The notes below the pieces were generated by a model that was not told the DNA's origin, searched no databases, and saw only the letters and a list, made by a program, of their open reading frames with translations. From an uncultured Acidobacteriota bacterium (lineage in GTDB: Bacteria > Acidobacteriota > Vicinamibacteria > Vicinamibacterales > UBA8438): a stretch of 64,000 nucleotides of DNA. Positions 36,524 through 46,378 of this stretch are shown here, piece after piece. The DNA is taken from NCBI GenBank assembly GCA_913043225.1, contig CAJWLU010000008.1:64001-128000 (forward strand). The letters run 5' to 3'. The translations under genes and the position numbers were made by a program. Within the stretch, counting starts at the first letter, position 1; every line of letters begins with the position of its first letter.

Positions 36524-38971
36524 ATGAGGAGTCTTTGGTTGTTGCTGGTGGCTCTGGCCCTGGTTCCCGACCTGGCTTATCCCCAGTCGTTCGGGGACGA
36601 CGTCCGCCCTCTGCTGCGCGAGTCCTGCGTGCGATGCCACGGTGTTCGTACGGTCACGCCACTCAACCTTGTAGACCTTGGCGACGACCTCACTGATCAC
36701 GAGACGTTTCAGGCCTGGGAGAAGGTCTACGACCGGCTCTCACGCGGCGAGATGCCGCCCGCCGCGGCGCCGCCGGCTGACGGCCAGCAGGTCGACGCCG
36801 CGCTTGCCGCGTTGAAGGACGCTCTGACGGAGAGGAGTCTGGCCGAGCGAGGCGAGCAGCGCACGCCGCTGCGCCGTCTCACTCGATTGGAGTACGCCTA
36901 CACGATCCAGGATTTGCTGGGCATCGACGATGCGATTGCCTCCGATCTCAGTCAGACGCTGCCGGCGGAGGCCGACTCCGGTGGGTTTGACACGGTCGCT
37001 GCCAATCAGAGCATGTCGCCGCTTCATATCCAGTCCTATCTGGAGGTGGCCGATCGCGCACTCGACACGGCGCTCGCCGTGGGACCACCTCCACCGGTCG
37101 ATACCTATGTGATCGACTATGCAAACTCCAGGTATCTCTATGGGATAAGCCGGGGGAAGGGGCTAGGTATCGGCGTGGTGAAGGAGCTCGACGACGGCTA
37201 CGCGATGTTCTTCGATGTGGGGAGCTACATCTTCCACAGCATGACCGAAGGCGTGGCCATTCCCTATCCGGGCCGTTACCGGGTGACGGCCGAGGCCTAC
37301 CCATATCAGGCCGACGCTCCGGTCAACTTGATGGTCTATCGGGGGAGGATGTCGGGCCAGGCGGCGTCCCTCGACGGGATGGTGGGCTCGTTCGACCTCA
37401 CGGGGCCCCGGACCATCGAGGTCACACCGTTTCTGCGGCCGGGAGAGCTGATCAGCTTCTCACCCGGCGATCTCTCCGGGCTCGACGGGCTGCCGGAGGA
37501 GGAGCGTGGGGGCTATCCACCTGAGGATCCGTTCGACGGCTGGGGTGGGATGCACGGCTATCCCGGGAGTGGCATCGTCCTCAAGACGATGACGATCGAG
37601 GGGCCTCTGCTCGACTCGTGGCCAGCCCCCTCTACGCGGGCCCTGTTACCCGGGGTCGAGTTCGACCGGGACGGCGCGCCGCGGTTCACCCGGTCACAGG
37701 ACGAGCACCTGGTCGATATCGTGGCGTCATTCGCGCCACGCGCCTTCCGCCGGCCGCTCGAAGATGGCGAACTTGATGCCTACGTCGACCTCGGGCGACC
37801 GTTGCTGGCCGAGGGGCGTGCCTTCCTTGAGGCGGTCCGGGTGGCGCTGCGCGCGGTGCTGAGTGCCCCGTCGTTCCTCTATCACGCTGGGTCGCCCGGA
37901 GAGCTGGACGACTTCAGCCTCGCTACCCGCCTGTCCTACTTCCTGTGGCGCAGCATGCCGGACGCGGAGCTGTTCGACACTGCCAGGGCCGGTCAGCTGG
38001 TCGACCCCAAGGTGCTGCGCCGCCAGGTCGACCGGATGCTCGATGATCCAAAGGCCGAGCGGTTTACCAGAGACTTCGCCGGGCAGGCGTTCCGGCTCTA
38101 CGAGTTGTCGGCTACGAGCCCCGATCCCGGCCTCTACCCGGAGTTCGACGACCGCTTGGCCCGGGCGATGGCTCAGGAGACACAGCTGTTCCTGGCCGAG
38201 CTGGTCAGTGAGAACCTCGGAGTCGGTCAGCTGATAGATGCTGACTTCACGTTCCTGAATCGCCGGCTCGCCGAGCACTACGACGTCGATGGTGTGGCTG
38301 GTGCGCGGATGCGACGGGTTACGCTCCCCCCCGACAGCCCACGCGGCGGGTTGTTGACGCAGGCGAGTATCCATAAGATCACGGCCAACGGCACCACCAC
38401 ATCGCCGATTCCACGCGGCAACTTCGTACTGTCGAACCTGCTCGGACGGCCCGCGCCGCCCCCGCCCGCTGAGGTTGGTGCGCTCGAGCCGGACACTCGC
38501 GGCACCACAACCATACGCGAGCAGCTCGACGCGCACCGCACCAGTCCGGTGTGCGCGAACTGTCACCGGGTCATCGATCCGCCGGGGTTCGCTCTGGAGG
38601 CGTTCGATCCGATCGGGCAGTTCCGGACGCGGTATCGCACGTCGGGAGGGGAGAACGTCGCCGGAGAATTCAAGCTGTCGGTGCCGGCCCCCTTTACCGA
38701 GGGAGGGGAGGTTGACCCCAGCGGCGTGACGCCAGACGGTGACGCCTTCGCCGGTATCAAGGACTACAAGCGTCTGCTTCTTGAGCGCGAAGTCGACCAG
38801 GTCGCCAGACATTTGGCATCGAGTCTGCTGGTGTTCGGCACCGGTGCCGAGCAGGCCTTCGCCGATAGAGATACCGTTGAGGCGATCGTCTCCAGCGGTC
38901 GCGACCAGGGGCACCAGGTGCGCACGATGATTCACGAGGTCGTCCAGAGCGATCTGTTCCGTCGTCGGTAA
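36524..38971 (+). CDS. DUF1592-family c-type cytochrome protein, paralogue P4
   Basis: AGGAGG RBS; signal peptide; CVRCH and CANCH. Confidence 0.9.
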   Translation: MRSLWLLLVALALVPDLAYPQSFGDDVRPLLRESCVRCHGVRTVTPLNLVDLGDDLTDHETFQAWEKVYDRLSRGEMPPAAAPPADGQQVDAALAALKDALTERSLAERGEQRTPLRRLTRLEYAYTIQDLLGIDDAIASDLSQTLPAEADSGGFDTVAANQSMSPLHIQSYLEVADRALDTALAVGPPPPVDTYVIDYANSRYLYGISRGKGLGIGVVKELDDGYAMFFDVGSYIFHSMTEGVAIPYPGRYRVTAEAYPYQADAPVNLMVYRGRMSGQAASLDGMVGSFDLTGPRTIEVTPFLRPGELISFSPGDLSGLDGLPEEERGGYPPEDPFDGWGGMHGYPGSGIVLKTMTIEGPLLDSWPAPSTRALLPGVEFDRDGAPRFTRSQDEHLVDIVASFAPRAFRRPLEDGELDAYVDLGRPLLAEGRAFLEAVRVALRAVLSAPSFLYHAGSPGELDDFSLATRLSYFLWRSMPDAELFDTARAGQLVDPKVLRRQVDRMLDDPKAERFTRDFAGQAFRLYELSATSPDPGLYPEFDDRLARAMAQETQLFLAELVSENLGVGQLIDADFTFLNRRLAEHYDVDGVAGARMRRVTLPPDSPRGGLLTQASIHKITANGTTTSPIPRGNFVLSNLLGRPAPPPPAEVGALEPDTRGTTTIREQLDAHRTSPVCANCHRVIDPPGFALEAFDPIGQFRTRYRTSGGENVAGEFKLSVPAPFTEGGEVDPSGVTPDGDAFAGIKDYKRLLLEREVDQVARHLASSLLVFGTGAEQAFADRDTVEAIVSSGRDQGHQVRTMIHEVVQSDLFRRR

Positions 38972-38973
38972 CC

Positions 38974-40116
38974 ATGACCGACCTGGCGGGCACGACCACC
39001 CGATCTCTCGCCCCGCTTTTCCGTTCGTTTCCCTTTGGTGCCCGTGAGTTGGCGAACCGGGTGGTCATGGCCCCCATGACCCGAACGCACGCACCACAGC
39101 AGACCCCAGGGCCAGACGTTACCGCCTATTACCGACGACGCGCCGAGGGCGGTACGGGGCTCATCATCACCGAAGGGACGAACCCTGACCATCCAGCCGC
39201 CAGTGTTTCCTCCCGGGTTCCCGCCTTCTTCGGCGAGTCTCCACTGGCTGGCTGGAGGCACGTGGTGGACGAGGTGCATGCGGCTGGCGCCGCCATCGCG
39301 CCGCAACTCTGGCACACCGGATCGATGCGACTCTCGCGCACCGGCCCCCCAAATCCGGAGCTTCCAGGATTCGCGCCCTCGGCGATTCCGCACCCGTCCC
39401 ACCCCGAGGCCGACGCCGAGATTCCCCACGCCATGACCCACGCGGACATCGACGAGATGATCGCGTCGTTCGCCCGGGCGGCTGGGGTTGCCCGCGAGAT
39501 CGGGTTCGATGGTGTGGAGCTGCACGGGGCGCACGGTTATCTTGTTGATGCGTTTTCCTGGACCGCGACCAATCAGCGCACCGATGAGTACGGGGGCTCG
39601 CTCGATGCGCGGACACGGTTCGCCACCGAGCTCGTTGCGGCAGTGCGGACGGCGGTGGGGCAGGATTTCCCGCTGATCTTCCGGTTCTCACAATGGAAGC
39701 GGGGCGCCTACGACCACAAGGTGGCGACGACCCCCGCCGAGCTCGACCGCTGGCTCATGCCGCTGGTCGAGGCGGGCGTCGACATGCTCCACGCCAGCAC
39801 CCGTCGGCTCGACGAGCCGGAGTTTGACGGTTCTGGGCTGAACCTGGCCGGTTGGGCGAAGAAGATCACGGGCCTTCCCACGATCACGGTGGGCAGTGTG
39901 GGCCTCGACATCGACTATGTGATGTCGCGCGAGGGAAGCGATGCGCGGAAGGTGGGTATGGATCGCCTGCTCGAACGGCTCGAACGCGACGAGTTCGATC
40001 TGGTTGCCGTGGGTCGTGCGCTGCTCGCCGACCCGGCCTGGGCGGCCAAGCTCCGCGATGGGCAGGAGGCCGACATCGTCGGCTTCGAGCGGGAGCATCT
40101 CACCCGCTACTATTAG
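38974..40116 (+). CDS. NADH:flavin oxidoreductase (old yellow enzyme family)
   Basis: NRVVMAPMTR, GLIITEG, QLWHTG, GFDGVELHGAHGYL, NQRTDEYGGS, VGRALLADP. Confidence 0.92.
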   Translation: MTDLAGTTTRSLAPLFRSFPFGARELANRVVMAPMTRTHAPQQTPGPDVTAYYRRRAEGGTGLIITEGTNPDHPAASVSSRVPAFFGESPLAGWRHVVDEVHAAGAAIAPQLWHTGSMRLSRTGPPNPELPGFAPSAIPHPSHPEADAEIPHAMTHADIDEMIASFARAAGVAREIGFDGVELHGAHGYLVDAFSWTATNQRTDEYGGSLDARTRFATELVAAVRTAVGQDFPLIFRFSQWKRGAYDHKVATTPAELDRWLMPLVEAGVDMLHASTRRLDEPEFDGSGLNLAGWAKKITGLPTITVGSVGLDIDYVMSREGSDARKVGMDRLLERLERDEFDLVAVGRALLADPAWAAKLRDGQEADIVGFEREHLTRYY

Positions 40117-40167
40117 CGCTGAGAGTCTGATCCCCGTGGTACGATCACGACTTCGCGAGGTCGACAG

Positions 40168-42630
40168 ATGAGCGATATGGCGAGATTCCACCGAGCGGGG
40201 TTGGCGGCCGTGTGCCTGCTGGGTATGACAACGGCGGCGACCTCAGGCCAGCCCCTGGAAGACGATGTCGGACCGCTCGTGCGCGAGTCCTGCGTCCGCT
40301 GTCACGGTGTGCGCACGGTAACTCCCCTCAATCTGGTCGACCTCGGCTATGACCTGTCCGATCGTGAGACCTTCAGGACCTGGGAGAAGGTTTATGAACG
40401 GCTCGAGCGGGGCGAGATGCCACCGTCAACGGCTCCCCGGCCCAAAGCCGCGTCTGTTGAATCGGCTCTTGGCGCCCTTCGGCAGGCTCTCTCCGAGGCG
40501 AGCTTGGTTGCCCGAGGCGAGCAGCGGGGGGCACTGCGCCGGCTGACCAGGCTTGAGTATGCCAACACCGTGTCCGATTTGCTTGGCGTTGACCCTGAGA
40601 TAGGTACCGAGCTGTCTCTGACCCTGCCGGCTGAGGCCGATTCGGGCGGTTTCGATACCGTCGCCGCTAACCAGAGCATGTCGCCGCTCCATGTCCGGAG
40701 CTATCTGGCCGCGGCCGACGAGGTGCTGGACGTCGCACTTGTCACCGGACCGCCCCCGCCGGTCGAGCGCTACGAGATCGACTACGCGACCTCCGAGCGT
40801 CTGTATCGCCATAGCCAGAGGATCGGCCTTGGCGCGGGCATGGCAAGACAACTCGACGACGCCTACGTGGCGTTCTTCGACTATGCGGCGACCTACACGT
40901 TCCACAGCGAGGCTGAGGGCGTCTCCATCCCCTATCCCGGCCGCTACCGCGTCAGCGTCGAGGCATATCGCTATCAGGCCGAGACCCCGGTGGCGCTGAA
41001 GATCTACCGGGGGCTGAAGGCCGGGGTTGCCTCCACGCTCAACGACTTGATCGGCTGGTTCGACCTCACCGACGACGAGACCGTTACGGTCGAAGTCATG
41101 CCCTTCCTCCGCCCCGGACATCTCATCGGGGTGGCCCCGGACGACGCGGACGGCGATGACGACCCAGCTCTGGCCTTCGAGGATCGGTCGCAGGGCTATC
41201 GGGAGGTTCTGAAGACCTACGAGGGTGAAGGCATTGCCTTCAAGACGATGACCATCGAGGGGCCGTTGCTTGAGAGCTGGCCTCCTCGGAGCACGCGCGA
41301 CCTGCTGCCCGGCGTCGGGTTCGATCACGACGGCTACGTTCAGTTTGCGAAGGCGCCGTTCGAGCACGTGGTCGACGCTGTGGCGGCGTTCGCACCGCGC
41401 GCGTTCCGCCGTCCGGTCGACGTCGACGAGGTGATGACGTATGCCTCGCTGGCGCGCCCGGTTCTCGAGGCCGGGCGGCCGTTCATCGAGGCGGTGCGGG
41501 TGCCGCTGCGCGCGATCCTAAGCGCGCCGTCGTTCCTTTATTTGAGTGGTGAGTCGGCCTCACCACACCTCGACGATGTCGAGCTGGCAACGCGGTTGTC
41601 GTACTTCCTGTGGCGGAGTCACCCTGACAGCGAGCTGTCCGAGCTCGCGGTCGACGGACGGCTGCAAGACCCGGCGGTGCTGGTCGGTCAGGTCGACCGC
41701 TTGCTGAACGACCCGCGTTCACGGCGTTTTGTTAATGATTTTCTCGGGCAGGCGTTCCGGCTCTACGAGATGACGGCCACGAATCCGGATCCGGGACTGT
41801 ATCCGGAGTTTGACGATCGGCTCGGGCAGGCGATGGTGGCCGAGACGCAGTTGTTTCTGGCCGAATTGATCGCCGAGGATCTCAGCGCGGCCAACCTGAT
41901 CGACGCCGACTTTACCTTTGTGAACCGTCCGTTGGCCGAGCACTACGGGCTGCCTGGGATCTTGGGCACGGAGATGCGGAAGGTGCCGCTGCCGGCGGAC
42001 AGTCCTCGCGGCGGCTTGCTCAGTCAGTCGAGCGTACTCAAGATCACGGCCAACGGTACGAACACGTCTCCGATCCCGCGCGGGAACTTCGTGCTGGAGA
42101 ACCTCCTCGGTCGACCAGCGCCGCCCCCGCCGGCCGAGGTGGGCGCGCTCGAGCCGGATACCCGGGGAACCATCACCATTCGCGAGCAACTTGACGCGCA
42201 CCGGAAGAGCCCAACCTGCGCTAACTGTCATCGGGTCATTGACCCGCCAGGGTTCGCCCTGGAATCGTTCGACCCGATCGGCGGGTTCCGCGCTAGTTAC
42301 CGGATCTCTGGTGGTCAGAAGGAGTTTGGGTCGTTCATTATCCGGAACCCGTATCTCGAGGGCCCATCGGTCGACTCGAGCGGGGTGACTCCAGATGGGA
42401 TGTCATTCAGTGGGTTCGTGGACTACAAGCAGCATCTGCTCGACCGTGAGCTCGACGCGGTGGCTCGTCACCTGGTGTCGCAGCTCATTGTCTTTTCGAC
42501 CGGGGCCGACACTGCGTTCGCCGACCGAGTTTGGATCGACGCCATCGTGGATGCGGAGCGAGAGGCCGGATACCCAGTCCGTTCATTGATCCACCGGATC
42601 GTGGCGAGCGATCTGTTCCGCCAGAGGTAG
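40168..42630 (+). CDS. DUF1592-family c-type cytochrome protein, paralogue P5
   Basis: Signal peptide; CVRCH and CANCH; same scaffold. Confidence 0.9.
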   Translation: MSDMARFHRAGLAAVCLLGMTTAATSGQPLEDDVGPLVRESCVRCHGVRTVTPLNLVDLGYDLSDRETFRTWEKVYERLERGEMPPSTAPRPKAASVESALGALRQALSEASLVARGEQRGALRRLTRLEYANTVSDLLGVDPEIGTELSLTLPAEADSGGFDTVAANQSMSPLHVRSYLAAADEVLDVALVTGPPPPVERYEIDYATSERLYRHSQRIGLGAGMARQLDDAYVAFFDYAATYTFHSEAEGVSIPYPGRYRVSVEAYRYQAETPVALKIYRGLKAGVASTLNDLIGWFDLTDDETVTVEVMPFLRPGHLIGVAPDDADGDDDPALAFEDRSQGYREVLKTYEGEGIAFKTMTIEGPLLESWPPRSTRDLLPGVGFDHDGYVQFAKAPFEHVVDAVAAFAPRAFRRPVDVDEVMTYASLARPVLEAGRPFIEAVRVPLRAILSAPSFLYLSGESASPHLDDVELATRLSYFLWRSHPDSELSELAVDGRLQDPAVLVGQVDRLLNDPRSRRFVNDFLGQAFRLYEMTATNPDPGLYPEFDDRLGQAMVAETQLFLAELIAEDLSAANLIDADFTFVNRPLAEHYGLPGILGTEMRKVPLPADSPRGGLLSQSSVLKITANGTNTSPIPRGNFVLENLLGRPAPPPPAEVGALEPDTRGTITIREQLDAHRKSPTCANCHRVIDPPGFALESFDPIGGFRASYRISGGQKEFGSFIIRNPYLEGPSVDSSGVTPDGMSFSGFVDYKQHLLDRELDAVARHLVSQLIVFSTGADTAFADRVWIDAIVDAEREAGYPVRSLIHRIVASDLFRQR

Positions 42631-43443
42631 ATGCACTCGATGTTCAGACAGTCCGTTATCGGCCTGGCTTTCCTGGCCCTGGCGACACCGGCCGCGGCTC
42701 AGGACGAGGGATCCCCCCACGAAGTCCGTACGACCAAGTTCACCATCACCAACGTCGACGCCAGCAAGAGCTTCTACGAGGACCTCATTGGGCTGAAAGA
42801 GGTGAACCGGTTCGAGACCACTGGCTTGGTCGAGCCGTTCATGGCGTTCGACGAGCAGGGTGGTCGGATTGGACTGCTGGCGTTCACCGAGCACGAGAAC
42901 ATCGAGAAGACCCCGCTGCCGGTGTCGGTGGTTAGCGTGTCGGATCTCGATCCGGTGCTGGCCCGCTTCGAGGCGGCGAACCATCCGTACCAGGAGTACT
43001 CGGCCGAGATGACCGGCAGCGTTCGGCTTGCGATCGCGCGGGACCCAAGCGGTAACGCCATCGAGATAGTCGAGCGGGACGGTCCTGGGCGCGTGTCTGG
43101 TGCGCGGCTCATCGTGGACGACCGGGCCGAAGTGGAGGAGTTCTTCGTCCGGGTCTTCGGTATCGATCCTGGCCGGCGGATCCAGACCGATGGCTTCGAC
43201 GAGGTGTTCTTTGACTTCGATGGGGGGATGTATCTGGCACTCTATCAGCCGATGGATGCGGTGAAGGCGGCGTTTCCCAGGAGCGACCAGCCGGTGGTCG
43301 CCATCTACACCCGTGACTTCGATGGCGTCCTCGAGCGGGTCAAGGCCGGAGGCCTGCGCGTCCGTGAGTTCGGCACCGGTATGTTCCTGGCCGACGACCC
43401 GTCCGGCAACGTGGTCGAGGTCGTGCGTCTGGCCATTCAGTAG
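42631..43443 (+). CDS. Secreted two-domain VOC-fold protein, tandem copy 1
   Basis: Signal peptide; two ...DPSGN..E.V modules. Confidence 0.8.
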   Translation: MHSMFRQSVIGLAFLALATPAAAQDEGSPHEVRTTKFTITNVDASKSFYEDLIGLKEVNRFETTGLVEPFMAFDEQGGRIGLLAFTEHENIEKTPLPVSVVSVSDLDPVLARFEAANHPYQEYSAEMTGSVRLAIARDPSGNAIEIVERDGPGRVSGARLIVDDRAEVEEFFVRVFGIDPGRRIQTDGFDEVFFDFDGGMYLALYQPMDAVKAAFPRSDQPVVAIYTRDFDGVLERVKAGGLRVREFGTGMFLADDPSGNVVEVVRLAIQ

Positions 43444-43455
43444 CAAGGAGACGTG

Positions 43456-44262
43456 ATGAAGTATCGAGACTTCCGGCCTGCCCGGTTGCTGTGCGCGGCG
43501 GCTGCATTTTTGTTGCCGCTGGCGGCCGCGGCACAGACCTCGCCGCACACCGTCACCACGACGAAGTTCACCGTCGAAGACGCGAGCATCGGCAAGAGCT
43601 TTTACGAGGATCTGGTGGGCATGCCCGAGCTGCGTCGCTACGTCGACGAAGGTCGGCTCGTGGAGCCGTTCATGGGCTGGAGCGAGGACGGTCGGATGGG
43701 GCTGCTTGCCTACGCGGTGAAGGAGACGGTCAAGAAGAGCCCGCACCCGGTCTCGGTGGTGCTGCTGCCGGACCTGGATGCCGTCGGAGCCAGGTTCGAG
43801 GCGGCGGAACAGCCGTTCAACCTGTACGAGCTTGACGGTGGGTTGCGGCTGGCGATCGTGACCGACCCGAGCGGCAACGCCATCGAGCTGGTGGAGGCCG
43901 ACGGCGATCCGTCCGTCGCCGGCGCCAGGCTCATCGTCGACGACCGGGAAGCGGTGGAGGAGTGGTTCATCCAGGTGTTCGACGCTAAGGTGGATAACCG
44001 TATCGTGACCGCCACTTTCGACGAAGTGTTCCTCAATCTCGGAGAGGGCATGTTCGTGGCGCTCTATGAGCCTCTGGGCGCTGACGCAGGTCCCCAGCCC
44101 AAGAGCGAGCATCCGGTGGTGGCCATCTACTCGACCGAGTACGACGAGGTGCTCGAGCGGATTAAGGCCATCGGCTTGCCCGTGCGGCAGCGCGGCGACC
44201 GTGTGCTCTTCGCCGACGACCCGTCCGGCAACGTGGTCGAGGTCGTTCGCCAGAGCAACTAG
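43456..44262 (+). CDS. Secreted two-domain VOC-fold protein, tandem copy 2
   Basis: AAGGAG RBS; signal peptide; paralogue of copy 1. Confidence 0.8.
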   Translation: MKYRDFRPARLLCAAAAFLLPLAAAAQTSPHTVTTTKFTVEDASIGKSFYEDLVGMPELRRYVDEGRLVEPFMGWSEDGRMGLLAYAVKETVKKSPHPVSVVLLPDLDAVGARFEAAEQPFNLYELDGGLRLAIVTDPSGNAIELVEADGDPSVAGARLIVDDREAVEEWFIQVFDAKVDNRIVTATFDEVFLNLGEGMFVALYEPLGADAGPQPKSEHPVVAIYSTEYDEVLERIKAIGLPVRQRGDRVLFADDPSGNVVEVVRQSN

Positions 44263-44275
44263 GGGATCAGGCGTT

Positions 44276-45022
44276 GTGGGCCGGCTGAAGAATCAAGTCG
44301 CGCTGGTGACCGGCGGGAGCCGTGGGATCGGTGCCGCCACGGCACAGATCTTTGCTGCCGAAGGGGCCCGTGTCGTCATCACCCACCGCGACAGCGCCGA
44401 TGAAGCCACCGCGGTGGTCGAAGCACTGCCCGGGGACGGACATCGAGTGATTCAGGCATCGGCGGTCGATTCGGATGCCTTAGCCCGGGCCGCTGCGTCG
44501 GTGGCCGAGACCGAGGGGCGCCTCGACGTGCTGGTGAACAATGCCGCGCGCAGTCGGCCCATCCCGCACGGAGATTTCGACGCGCTCGATGATGAGTTCT
44601 TCGATGCCATCATGCAGACGAACGTGCGGGGGGTGTTCGCGACCGTGCGCGCCTTCCGATCGCTGCTGGCGTACGACGGTGGCGGCGTGGTGGTGAACGT
44701 GTCGTCGCTGGCGGCGCGGATGGCCGAGGGTAGCAACATCGCCTACAGCGCCTCGAAGGCAGCGCTCGACAACATGACAGTGTCGCTGGCTCGGGCCCTG
44801 GCGCCTGAGATTCGAGTGGTGTCGGTCGCGCCCGGACTCGTGCTGACCAAGTTCACCAGTACTTGGGCGCCTGAAGTGCGACAGCGGCAAATCGATAGAA
44901 CGCCGCTCGGTCGGCTGGCCACCCCTGAAGACATCGGGCGGGCCATCCTTGCCGTCGCCACCGATCTCACCGCGACGACCGGCGCCGTGGTCCCGGTCGA
45001 CGGCGGCCGGCAGCTGGGCTAG
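44276..45022 (+). CDS. SDR family NAD(P)-dependent oxidoreductase
   Basis: VTGGSRGIG, LVNNA, YSASK, PLGR, VDGG; GTG start inferred. Confidence 0.9.
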   Translation: MGRLKNQVALVTGGSRGIGAATAQIFAAEGARVVITHRDSADEATAVVEALPGDGHRVIQASAVDSDALARAAASVAETEGRLDVLVNNAARSRPIPHGDFDALDDEFFDAIMQTNVRGVFATVRAFRSLLAYDGGGVVVNVSSLAARMAEGSNIAYSASKAALDNMTVSLARALAPEIRVVSVAPGLVLTKFTSTWAPEVRQRQIDRTPLGRLATPEDIGRAILAVATDLTATTGAVVPVDGGRQLG

Positions 45023-45366
45023 GCTGCGACTTTTTTGTCCGGCTCCACTCCGGAGGCCGCCGCCTCCGCCCGGAGGCGGCGGTCGATCACGAACGGTCCA
45101 AAGGGCAGCAAGGCGGCCACCATAATCCGGGTGGCCCATTCGACCGAGTGGCCCCGGCGGCGCATGCCGCTCACCACGAGCCACCCGAGCCACATGAACA
45201 GCGCACCGTGGGCCGAACCCACGATGCGAACGGCCAGCGCCATATCGGCGCCGTACTTAAGCGGCATCGCGACAAACACCAGCAGGACAAACGAGAAGCC
45301 TTCGATCAGGGCTACCGATCGCAGGTGCGCGCCTGGTGAGCCGAAATGACGCCGCAGCAACGACAT
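45019..45366 (-). CDS. DUF3817-like small membrane protein
   Basis: ALIEGFSFVLLVFVAMPLKY, GSAHGALF, LLPFGPF. Confidence 0.8.
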   Translation of the reverse strand: MSLLRRHFGSPGAHLRSVALIEGFSFVLLVFVAMPLKYGADMALAVRIVGSAHGALFMWLGWLVVSGMRRRGHSVEWATRIMVAALLPFGPFVIDRRLRAEAAASGVEPDKKVAA

Positions 45367-45370
45367 GGCG

Positions 45371-46378
45371 TCAGCGGGCTTCGCAGTCCCAGCAGAGGAT
45401 GCCTGGCTCGTCGGGAGCCTCATCGGGCGTGCCGTCCTGTGCCCGCGCGCCACGCAGGATGTTGGGGACCGCGTAGTTCCCCTCGTGACACGCCACCTCG
45501 AACAGTGGGCCCACGGTCGATCGCAGTGAGATAGCGGCGGTCCAGGGAGCCGTCCAGCGGGTGGGATCGTCTGTGGTGTACTCGTAGCGAATCAGGCCTT
45601 CCTCTTCGAGCGTGAAGCGCTCGGTTAGGGTGCGGATCCCCCTCCCGGCCAGTCCCAGCTGCTGCAGCTGGTGCGAGAAGAGCGTTGACTGCACGACCAG
45701 AGTGTCTCCGTCCCACCGGGCACGCAGGTCGCCGGTTCGTTGCCGGAGGGTGCCGTGTGGCCGGTCCGTAATCGGAGCAATTCGCCAGGTTCTGAACGCT
45801 TCCGCATAGATCGCGAAGTAGTCTTCGGTCAGGAATAGCTGCACCAGGTTGTTGTAGGGCAGGGGACTTAGCGGAAGACCGTGCAGCGCCAGGCAACGGT
45901 CGCCCTGGCCGAGGTCCAGGTAGTCGTCCCACGGGAGGATGGCCCCGAAGCCGCGACGGCGTTCCCCGTCTGCCATCGCCGAGGGGGTTCGGTCCGGATA
46001 GCGTCCGTTCGGCGGATCGATAAGGCGCGAGGTCCGACGGTCAGCCACCACCTTGGTGCCGAACTCGAGACCCCACTGCCACGCATGGCCATTGGCCCCG
46101 GCGAGATCGCCTGCTTCTGCGCGACGTACCGGCGCGTTCAGCGCGTTCGTATCACGGTCGATGGCGGCTTGCTCTAGCGCCGCGGCCTGCTCTTCGGTGA
46201 GGTACTCCTGGTCGGCGTACTGCTCGGGCCGTTGCATCGGCGTGACGCTGCTGTAGTCGTAGAGGCCGTTGAGGTCTGGGGTGCCCCACGGCGTCCGTGG
46301 CACCTGAGCGATGGCCGAGGTGGCGACCAGAGTCAGCAGCGTGACCAGCGCGGCGAACGAGAAATGTCTGACGTGCAT
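45371..46378 (-). CDS. Conserved secreted hypothetical protein (ACHEGNY family), copy 2
   Basis: AGGAG RBS; signal peptide; PRTPWGTPDLNG, TPMQRP, IDPPNGR, DRC, YNN, ACHEGNY. Confidence 0.82.
   Translation of the reverse strand: MHVRHFSFAALVTLLTLVATSAIAQVPRTPWGTPDLNGLYDYSSVTPMQRPEQYADQEYLTEEQAAALEQAAIDRDTNALNAPVRRAEAGDLAGANGHAWQWGLEFGTKVVADRRTSRLIDPPNGRYPDRTPSAMADGERRRGFGAILPWDDYLDLGQGDRCLALHGLPLSPLPYNNLVQLFLTEDYFAIYAEAFRTWRIAPITDRPHGTLRQRTGDLRARWDGDTLVVQSTLFSHQLQQLGLAGRGIRTLTERFTLEEEGLIRYEYTTDDPTRWTAPWTAAISLRSTVGPLFEVACHEGNYAVPNILRGARAQDGTPDEAPDEPGILCWDCEAR

Noticed and set aside
10182..42630. Diversity-generating retroelement or invertase shuffling as the source of DUF1592 variability
   Set aside because: No reverse transcriptase or recombinase in the window, no template/variable repeat pair with adenine-specific mismatches, and paralogues differ at many synonymous sites, consistent with older duplication
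10182..42630. Assembly artefact duplicating the DUF1592 gene
   Set aside because: Copies are clearly divergent in DNA and protein and each is an intact ORF with its own signal peptide
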